A stretch of 64,000 nucleotides of DNA from the human T2T-CHM13v2.0 reference genome, Homo sapiens. Below, piece by piece: positions 50,235 through 64,000 of this stretch. Made by a program: the position numbers and the translations under genes. Where the stretch lies: assembly GCF_009914755.1 (NCBI RefSeq), contig NC_060936.1; one strand, 5' to 3'. Position 1 is the stretch's first letter, and every line of letters starts with the position of its first letter. A model generated the notes under the pieces. The model was not told the DNA's origin, did not search any database, and saw only the letters and a program-made list of their open reading frames with translations.

Positions 50235-50650
50235 CTGCAGTGGCAGAGGTAATGCTAAATGTTCACCATTCTTATCTTCTTCCTGGGCTTGTGCTTTAGT
50301 TCCAGCCTCCCTTGCAGCTAAGTGGAACTATGTGATGAAGTTCTAGCCAATGGAATGTGGGCTAAAGTGAAGTGTTCATGTCTAGGCCTGGTCTCCCAAA
50401 TCCTTCCACACGACACCACAGCCTCTCTCTCAGTTCTCTAGTTGGCCAGCTGAACGCAGAAGGTTCCATGGTGGACCCCAAGGTGTGGGGGGTTTCAGAG
50501 CCACTAGCTGGAAGGAGCCTGAGTTCCTGAATGACTCTGTGGAATCGAGACTCTGACTGCCTTGCACTGGGCTGTGACTTGAGAAGCATAACTTTATTAT
50601 GTAAAGCCAGTGGGATTTGGAATTATTTGCTAGAGTGGGTAGCCAACATC
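50235..50650 (+). mobile_element. MLT1H/J-like LTR
   Basis: ccagcctcccttgcagcta...ttctagccaatggaatgtggg...gaaggagcctgagttcctgaatgac. Confidence 0.7.
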
Positions 50651-50695
50651 TGTACCATTACTGATTTAATCACATTTTAAAAATAAGTTTACTCT

Positions 50696-51301
50696 TTTTT
50701 TTTTTTTTTTTTTTTGAGGCGAAGTCTTGCTCTGCCACCCAGGCTGGAGTGCAGTGGTGCTATCTCGGCTCACTGCAAGCTCCGCCTCCTGGGTTCACAC
50801 CATTCTCCTGCCTCAGCCTCCTGAGTAGCTGGGACTACAGGTGCCCACCACCACGCCCGGCTAATTTTTTGTATTTTTAGTAGAGACAGGGTTTCACCGT
50901 GTTAGCCAGGATGGTCTCGATCTCCTGACCTCGTGATCTGCCCACCTCGGCCTCCCAAAGTGCTGGGATTACAGGCGTGAGCCACCGCACCCAGCCTCAT
51001 TTTTTTTTTTTTTTTTTTTTTTTAAGATGGAGTCTAGCTTTGTCACCCAGGCTGGAGTGTAGTAGCATGATCTCGGCTCACTGCAACCTCTGCCTCTTGG
51101 GTTCAAGCGATTCTCTTGCCTCAGCCTCCTGAGTAGTTGGGATTACAGGTGCCACCACGCCTGGCTAATTTTTGTATTTTTAGTGGAGACGGGGTTTCAC
51201 CATGTTGACTAGGCTGGTCTCGAACTCCCGGTGTCAGGTGATCCACCTGCCTCGGCCTCCCAAAGTGCTGGGATTACAGGCGTGAGCTACCATGCCTGGC
51301 C
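50696..51301 (-). mobile_element. AluY and AluS in tandem
   Basis: AluY diagnostics in the first; outer repeat agtttact. Confidence 0.95.
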
Positions 51302-51689
51302 AGTTTACTTTTTATAGCTTTAATTTATTTGAAAAGAACTTTTTATTACTATTTATAAATGCAAAAGCAGTATCACTCATAGTAGAGAGAAGGTAATGAT
51401 AACAAAGAAGTGGTATGAAAATCAAACAATGATGTGATATTCTTTCCATATCTTGTTCAGGACAAGAGCTCCGAAGCCTGAGCCTGCTCTCACTTTGTTA
51501 TAACGGGAGATTAACAAGTGCTTGACAGATGTTAAAGACAGGGTGGAACCAAACTAGACTTTTTCTGCAATATTCTTGAAACACCATATTATCATGATTA
51601 TATGATAATCACACCATACTTTATGAAACTACATGAGGGAAATAAAACCGATGAATAATTTTTAAACATTCCTTACCATGGGAAATTTC

Positions 51690-53221
<1,532 letters not shown>

Positions 53222-53356
53222 TTACCATCTAATATTCTATGTTCAATTTGCCCTAATGACTACAAAAATGAGGTTTTGCAGTTGGTCTGTTGAAGTCAGG
53301 ATCTGAGCAAGGGCACACATTGCATTGATTGATATATACTTAGTCTCTTTCTACCC

Positions 53357-54487
<1,131 letters not shown>

Positions 54488-55083
54488 ATCTACAAATTTC
54501 TTCCTGTTTTTTAAAATGTCATTTACTTGCTGAAGACCCTGGAGCCTTGTCCTTCCGTTTCCAACATTCTAGATTTTTGCTAATTACATTCCAGGTGTTA
54601 TTTACTGTTAGCCTCCATATTCCTTGTAAATGGGTAGTTAATCTACAGGCTGGATTAGAGTCACATGGGGCAAGAACACTTTATAGAGATTCTTGTTCGC
54701 ATCACATTAGGAAGCTCTCAATGTTTGGTTATCCCACTTGGAGTGATGTCAGGTTTGGTCAGTGGGTTCAGTGAATAATTTTAGACAAGGTTGGGACACC
54801 CAGGGGAGACTTCCTGGAGGAGTCAGGTTTGAGTTGAGCCTCTTTTTTAAAATGAATTTTATGTATTTATTTTTAAGACAGGGTCTTTTAAGACAGGATC
54901 TCTGCTCCGAGTTGAGCCTCTTTGAAAGATGGGTGGGATTTAGATAGGCAGAGAGAAGGAGGACACATCCAATGTGGGGAGGGAGGGGTGGATGGCATGA
55001 GTCAGAGAGTGTTTTGAAAATGCAGAGCAATAACCAGCAATAACCTTCTATCAGCTTCCTTTATTATCCTCTGGTATAGAGGT

Positions 55084-55272
55084 CAGGGCAGGAACCAGAT
55101 TTTATCTCAGGTTGTAATTCTAATGGGTTGGTAATGGGTACATGGAATACTTTGTTGAGATACATTGTGAAACCACATTCTTGCTCAGTGGGAAACTTGC
55201 TGTAATTGACTGGTGGTGTCTGTCACAGATCTAGGAAGCCTTGGTGGTGGTACAATTGCTATGAATCTGCTC
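55084..55272 (+). mobile_element. MER117-like hAT MITE
   Basis: gattttatctcagg...ttggtaatgg...gctcagtgggaaa. Confidence 0.5.
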
Positions 55273-55358
55273 CAGATCAATGCCTCTGCTCCCGCCTCGG
55301 GGTCTTTGACATGGAAGCCCATAAGGAAATGAGGGCTGAAAGGGATATCTAACATGGA

Positions 55359-56107
<749 letters not shown>

Positions 56108-56284
56108 CATAAGTCAAACAGGAGTTTTGAGAAACAATATTTATCTTTTCTATGTGTCATGCATTCTCATATTATCTATACTATTTTATTTATTTTCATG
56201 TTGGTCATGACCCACTACATTGATTTCAGTCAGCCATGGCTTTGAAAACACCTGCCTGGGCTATGCCCGTGAAGCATGGAGGAT

Positions 56285-56740
56285 GGTTAGCATGTCCTTT
56301 GGGCTGTCTTTGGCTGCAAGTAAAAGAGCGCCTGGCTAAACATGGATTAAATACTAGGGGTTCCTTTTTTGCATAATAGATTTGGTAATAGGTGATTTCA
56401 AAGTTAGTTCATCTCAACAGCTTCATCAATGACCTGGGTTCTTTCCATGTATTTCCTCTCTGATACCCTTGACATGTTGGCCATGTCTCCTCATAGTCAC
56501 AGAATGGCTGTCGCTGCCACTGCCAGGTATCACATCCTCATACAACCACCTCTAAAGGAAGCAGGCGTGGAGAGCAGCTCCTCACACATTTATTTTATTC
56601 AGAAAAAAAAAAATTCTGCAGTTAAATTCAGAAAAAAAAAAAATTCTGCAGAAGCCCCAGGAACAGCCTTCTCCTTATGTCTCCTTGGCTAGAAGTGGGC
56701 CATTGTTTATGTCTAATGAATCTCTGCCCATCCAATACCT
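56285..56740 (-). mobile_element. MLT1J/L-like LTR
   Basis: tttggctgcaagtaaaaga...tctcaacagcttcatcaatgacctgggttctttcca. Confidence 0.6.
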
Positions 56741-56773
56741 AAGGTTTCATTAGCAAAAACAAAAAGATGACTA

Positions 56774-57083
56774 GGCCGGGCACAGTGGCCCACTCCTGTA
56801 ATCCCAGCACTTTGGGAGGCTGAGATGGGTGGATTACTTGAGGTCAGGAGTTCGAGACCAGTCTGGCCAACTTGGTGAAACCCCATCTCTACTAAAAATA
56901 CAAAAATTAGCTGGGTGTGGCTGTGCGTGCCTGTAATCCCAGCTACTCAGGAGGCTGAGGCAGGAGGATTGCTTGAACTTGGGAGGCGGAGGTTGCAGTG
57001 AGCTGAGGTCATGTACTGCATTCCAGCCTGGGTGACAGAGCAAGACTCTGTCTCAAAAAAACAAAAAAAACAAAAAAAACCAA
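56774..57083 (+). mobile_element. AluS
   Basis: Sense dimer. Confidence 0.95.
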
Positions 57084-57112
57084 AGGAAATGGAGCATTTC
57101 ATGCCCATCACA

Positions 57113-57127
57113 GTGTGTGTGTGTGTT

Positions 57128-57188
<61 letters not shown>
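57113..57188. repeat. Interrupted (GT)n microsatellite
   Basis: Direct reading. Confidence 0.98.
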
Positions 57189-57189
<1 letters not shown>

Positions 57190-57879
57190 ACTAGATTGTG
57201 ATGCAAATGTCTTCCTTATTGTGGGTCCTGGTCAGAGTGGTTTGCAAGCCCCTGGCTGGGCTGGGCTGTGCTTCTACCTGAGTTGTTTTTCTCCTAATTG
57301 CCTTGTGGGGTATAGTCACTTTTTCCAAGGCTCTGTTTGTGAGAAGCAGCCCTGCATTCATGAGGCAGCCCCCTGGCATATTTGAACACCAATGCCAGGC
57401 AGAGCTGTTGGTGCCTCCCATGCATTAAGAAATGGCAGCTGCTGCTGATGTCCCCAGATGAAAATGACTAAGGAGGGCTAAAGCCAAGCAATGTCACTGC
57501 TACCCCTGATGCATACACTCACAGGAGCCTTCTGGTTTCCAGGGTCCTCCTCTATCCTGTCTTGGCTGCCTCCTCCTTGACCCTTGGTTTCTTTCTTTCT
57601 CTGTCTCCCTTCCCAGAAGATTGTCTTCAGCAAATTGTATTTTAAGTCATGTAATGATGAGTTGGTTAGAGGCTCAGAGCTAGCTCTGCCCTTGGCAAAA
57701 ATCTGGATGAACCTCTCACGCTGTTGGTTTGCAAAGCCCTCCATGTGTGGCTCTTTGCTTGTTGCCTGGAACAGCAGGGAGGGACAGGAGAGTAAGAACC
57801 TTATGGGCTGTGCTTCTGCCCTCTGGGAATGTAGGCTTGCGTGTCTGCAGAGCTCCCGTGTCAGGCTTCTTGTGTGCCC

Positions 57880-57965
57880 AACTGCCCTAGGGAGCGTGCT
57901 AAAAATGCAGATTCCTGGGCTGCTCCAAAAGTCCAGTGAGTGACCCGGGGATCTGTATTTTACAA
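57880..57965 (+). mobile_element. MER5A/B fragment
   Basis: ctaaaaatgcagattcctgggc...ggatctgtatttttacaa. Confidence 0.7.
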
Positions 57966-57969
57966 AAAC

Positions 57970-58925
57970 CAAAACTTTTCACTGACATAATTTCATCCTT
58001 AAAGAAAAGTCACAAGAATAGTTCCAAAGAGTGATGTATAGCTCATCACATTTGCTCTATCACTTCTCACTTTCCAGATATAAATATGCGTATTTTTTTT
58101 TCTGAATCATTTGAGAAGTTACAAACGTAATGCCTCTTTACCTGAGCTTACCTCCTGAGATCAAGGAAATTCTCTTACATAACTCAGCACTGAATTATGA
58201 AATTTAGGATACTTAGCATCAATGTGAATATCTAATCCACAGTACATGGTAAGTTTCCCTAATTGTCACCACCCCTTTATTTTTTAATGATCACACATTG
58301 CTTTAGTTATATTAGAACAAAAAATTCGTTCTCTTTTATTTTTTTTGAGACAGAGTCTCACTCTGTCGCCCAGGCTGAAGTGCAATGGTGTGATCTCGGC
58401 TCACTGCAACCTCTGCCTCCTGGGTTCAAGTGATTCTCATGCCTTAGCCTCCTGAGCAGCTGGGACTACAGGTGTGTGCCACTACACTCGGCTAATTGTT
58501 TTGCATTTTTATTAGAGATGGGTTTTCACCATGTTGGCCAGGCTGGGCTCGAACTCCTGGCCTCAAGTGTTCCACCCGCCTCAGCTTCCCAAAGTGCTGG
58601 GATTACAGGTATGAGCCGCCGTGCCCAGCCTATCTCTTTTAATCTGAGAGTTCTTCAGCACCCCCCCACCCCCATCATTCATGACCTTGACATTCTATTT
58701 CTTCTATCTCTTCCTCCTCCTCCTCCTCTTCCTCTTTCTCCCCTTCCCCTTCCCCTTCTCCTTCTCCTTCTTCTTCTTTTTCTTTAGAAATGGGGTCTTG
58801 CCATGGTGCCCAGGGCAGCCTGGGTTCAGGCTATCCTCCCACATTGGCCTCCGCAGACTTGGATATTTTACAAGTGTTTAGACCACTTGTTTTGTAGAAT
58901 GCCCCTCAGTTTGCGTTTGTCTGGG
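57970..58925 (-). mobile_element. L1MC fragment with an Alu (-, 58335-58630) and a CT-rich-tailed Alu remnant
   Basis: ttctgaatcatttgagaagtt; ttttgtagaatgcccctcagtttg. Confidence 0.7.
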
Positions 58926-59165
58926 GAACCTGTATTTTTAACATCTCCGTTGACCTTGAAACCTTTGAGAGGATTGGGCAGCCCTGTGTAAGATACACAT
59001 ATTTACAACTCTTACCTTTCAAGATTCAAAGGACTTGAAAAAAAGAGCTTTGCGGGGCATCAGATTTAGTTCCTCAGAGGGGTTTTGAGTTGGGGACATT
59101 TTTTTTCAAGATCCGATTTGCTCAGAATTCAAATCACAGAGATTTCTTAATTGCCTGGGTTGCTA

Positions 59166-59605
<440 letters not shown>

Positions 59606-59639
59606 AAACAGCAACGTGTCCTCCCTGCACAATAAGTGC

Positions 59640-60290
59640 CAGCAATATGCTGGGCACTCTTGGCTGATCTGTCCCCCAGGACTCTCACCATTCTATTATC
59701 ATTAGCTCCATTTCACAGATGAGGCGACTGAGGTTCAGAGAGGTGACATCACTTATCCCTTATTGCTTAGTTAGGAAGTGGCTGAGCTGGGATTTTGTTG
59801 TTTTTTGAGACAGGATCTCACTCTGTCACCCAGGTTGGAGTGCAGTGGTGCCAACATGGCTCACTGCAGCCTGGAACTCCTGGGCTCAGGTGATACTCTC
59901 ACCTCAGCCTCCAGAGCAACTGTGACTACAGGTATGCGCCACCATACCCAGCTTATTTATTTATTTTTGGGACAGAGTCTCACTCTGTCGCCCAAGTTGG
60001 AGTGCAATGGAGTCATCTCAGTTCACTACAGCCTTGACCTCCTGGGCACAGGTGATCCTCCTGCCTCAGCCTCCCAAGTAGCTGGGACGACCCGCATGCA
60101 TCACCAAGTCTGGCTAATTTTAAATTTTTTCTTGGTCAAGGCTGGTTTTGAACTTCTGGGCTCAAACAATCCTCTCATCTTGAACTCCAAAGTGTTGGGA
60201 TTACAGGCATGAGCCACCACACCCAGCCTTGAGCTGGGATTTGAACCTAAGCCTGTCTGACTGCAAACAGGCTTTCACTGTGTTTGCTTA
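59640..60290 (-). mobile_element. MIR split by an AluJ composite (59795-60228)
   Basis: TSD tgagctgggattt. Confidence 0.85.
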
Positions 60291-60559
60291 ACCATTGTGG
60301 CATCCCTCTCACCAGGGATCAAATAAGGTCCAGAAAGTTCTGGAAGGAACCCAATTTCATGAATGAGAAGCACGCAATTTGACCCAAACACCAGCTTAAC
60401 TGAGGCTGTGATCTGGCTGTGTTGGGGTGCGCCCCATCTGTTAGGTGGTCTTTAGACCTCACCATCTGCAGCTGAGTACATGCTGGAGCCAGATGGCTTG
60501 AGTTCGAATTGTGGCTCTGCCATTAACTAGCAGTGTGACCCTGGGCAGTCCTGGGTGTC

Positions 60560-60875
60560 TTCTGGTGGCCTCCCCAGATCCCTTCCCTGCCCCCTCCACT
60601 TTCTGGGCACCTGGGAGTTTGCCCTCTGCTTTTGGGTGGATTTGGCCAATTGGGAACCTGGACGGAATAGAGGGCAAGAGGGGAGGGGGCTCACGATGTT
60701 CATTTTCCCAGCTCCTTCTGGTGGGGACACCATACATTCTTCCACTGAAGGCCACGGTTTCAATCAGGCCTCTCTCCCAGCCAGGACAGCCACTGGGTCT
60801 GGTTTTGGAAGCCTCCTCTTCTAAAACACTCCCTCCTGTCTCCTTTAGGGCTGCAGTGCTAACAGCTCCCTGCTG
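60560..60875 (+). mobile_element. LTR33-like ERVL LTR fragment
   Basis: ttgccctctgcttttgggtggatttggccaattggga...ctgaaggccac. Confidence 0.6.
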
Positions 60876-61187
<312 letters not shown>

Positions 61188-61189
61188 TA

Positions 61190-61790
61190 GCTACTTTTAT
61201 TGAGTGCTTACTATGAGCTGAGATTTGTGCTATACCCTTTGTATTACTCAATTCCTCCTCACAATCCTACAAGGTAGGTACAGTCACCATCCTGTTTTAC
61301 AGATGAGGAAACTGAGGTTCAGGCAACTCAAGCAACTTGTTCAAGGTTACACAGCCGAGAAAACATTGAGACCCTAGGCTCAGGCTGTAGCCACTACCCT
61401 GCCTCTGCAGCATGAAGGCAAATATGTGGTCTGAATGGGAATTCATGATACAAGAGGGCAGTATTGTGTCAGCCTGGCCCTGGTTTTGGGACCTGAAACG
61501 TTTGGGGCATTTTTGGGTGGGTGGTAGGTGACAGTGAGATGTTTTGCTCTGACACATGCCCAGGGTCACCTGGTCCAATTCCTGCTCAGCTACTTCCAAG
61601 CCTTGTCACTCTGGCAAGTTCCCTAACCGCTCTGTGCCTTAACTTATCCTTCTGTAAGATGGGGATAACCACATTACCTGCCTCAGAGGTAATGTTGTGA
61701 GGGTTAAATGAATGAATGTATTAAAGAGCTCAGAGCAGCATCTGGTAAATATTTCATTACATTAATGTTAGCTATCATCATCATCATCAT
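61190..61790. mobile_element. Two MIRs (-61190-61400, +61560-61790)
   Basis: ttttacagatgaggaaactgagg; ttctgtaagatggggataa. Confidence 0.85.
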
Positions 61791-62506
61791 TGTCATCTCA
61801 CCTGTTGGACAACCCATGTGTGTGTGGCTGAGGAAATGGAGCATCTTTGGCGAATTCCCTCCTTCCCTTGCTGCCTGGATCTCATCTGGTGCAACTGAGC
61901 TGGTCTCTGCTGAATTATTTTACTTCTTTGTCCTCTGCAGCCAAATGGAGACCTCTCCCTGACTCTGCCTGGCCTTCAGACACTTTCAGAAGGCGGTTAA
62001 CACCATCTGGCCTTGAGAATTCTGAGTCTTTATATTTCAGGATTGAGCTGAGACCTTTGTGAAACATCATCTCTGGGAGGGCCAGCCTGGGCCCAGCTCA
62101 CAGACATAAGCTGTCCTCATATCCCAACTTCTCATTGACTCACACACGCACTCAGTGCTTTATTGAGCACCTAGTGTGTGTCAGTTGCTGGGCAAGGTGC
62201 CAGGGCTGTACTGTAGCAAGGAAAACAGGAGACAAGGTCCCTGCCATCATGAAGCTCATGTGCTACAGGGAGTGACAGACAGCAGGTAAGTAAACAATAA
62301 CAAATGAATATATAATAGCAGAGAAAAATAACAGCAATGGAAACAAGCAAAGCAGGGGAAGGGGGTTAGACAGTGACTGGGATGGGGAGGTGGATGGTAT
62401 GTGAGTATTTTAAACTCAAGGAGGTGCTTCTTCCTGGGATGCTCTGGGATATTCTGGGATACCTGAGATAGCCAGGTAAAATCCACTAGGAATTCGTTGC
62501 TGACAC

Positions 62507-62644
62507 TGAGGCAGGAGAATAGCGTCTGCAGGCAGGGAAACTAAGGTCAGTTCATGCTGACTTCCTAGAACTAAATCAAAAGGAAAGTCCCAACTTTCCA
62601 AGCCCAAGTAACAAAAGGACCAGAGGAACAAAGGACCAGAGGCT
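62507..62644 (+). mobile_element. MER51-type ERV1 LTR, 5' part only
   Basis: tgaggcaggagaatag...gacttcctagaactaaatcaaaaggaaa...acaaaaggaccagagg. Confidence 0.75.
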
Positions 62645-62789
62645 GGACTGTGCCCAGCCTGTTCTTCCTACAATCTTTATGCAGATATAGATGAATGTGA
62701 AAACAAGAGAGTTTTAAAAAGTCTGAAAGGAGCTAGTTAGAATGTCAATAGAGGTTGCTCACAGAACTGTAAGAGGCAGAGGAGATAGA

Positions 62790-62990
62790 GGGTGGAACTT
62801 CGTTTCTGAGCCTGGCTGCCTGGGTTCATATCCTAGCCTTGCCACTTGCTAGCTGTGAGAAGAGGGCAAATCACTTCACCTATGTATGCCTCAGTTTCCT
62901 CATCTGTAAAATGGTGCAATAATGACATGCAGGTATGAGATTATCTTCCTATTTATAAAGCACTTCCAATAGATCTAGTACGTAATGAAT
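62790..62990 (+). mobile_element. MIR
   Basis: gcctcagtttcctcatctgtaaaatgg. Confidence 0.85.
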
Positions 62991-63142
62991 CCAATCTAAG
63001 TGTTTTTTTCTAACTGTGTTGAAACAAGTGGGCATGAAAAGATTCCTTTTCCACCCTGAGCTACAGATTGAGAAGTTTTTGGGGCTGGGTTCTGCTACCT
63101 GTATTAAATATATTTTTTTAAATTAAAAACCTTTTGTTATAG

Positions 63143-63626
<484 letters not shown>

Positions 63627-63761
63627 AGGTGTTTGTTTTTATCCTCCTATTTTTTCCATTTCTAGCACTTTCCATATCTGTAAAATAGGATTAATAATAG
63701 TACCTATCTCATAGGGTTATTGTGAGAATTAAATGAATTAATGCTTATAAAATGCTTATAA

Positions 63762-64000
<239 letters not shown>

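Overview
Primate (human-like) non-coding genomic DNA that is very rich in repeats. By eye I count about 85-90 Alu copies or fragments (roughly 35-40% of the window; AluJ, AluS, AluY and monomers). These sit in an older layer of MIR, L2, L1M, MaLR/ERVL LTRs, ERV1 solo LTRs (MER4A1, MER41B, LTR19, MER48, MER21, MER51) and hAT/TcMar MITEs. I find no supportable protein-coding exon, CpG island, structural RNA gene or CRISPR-like array; the supplied ORFs are almost all Alu-, LTR- or low-complexity-derived. I cannot support a new biological system here. The notable signals are rearrangement scars readable directly from the sequence. These are a short Alu-plus-flank paralogy 31,930 bp apart, a ~470-bp inversion splitting a MER41B LTR with a 15-bp inverted duplication, a chimeric Alu right-arm duplication, several palindromes that look like template-switch products, and repeated Alu insertion into one target site. 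A retained STAT1 GAS motif in the MER41B is also worth checking. Repeat subfamily names come from my recall of consensus sequences rather than a database search, and boundaries are approximate unless a target-site duplication (TSD) or terminal inverted repeat (TIR) is quoted.
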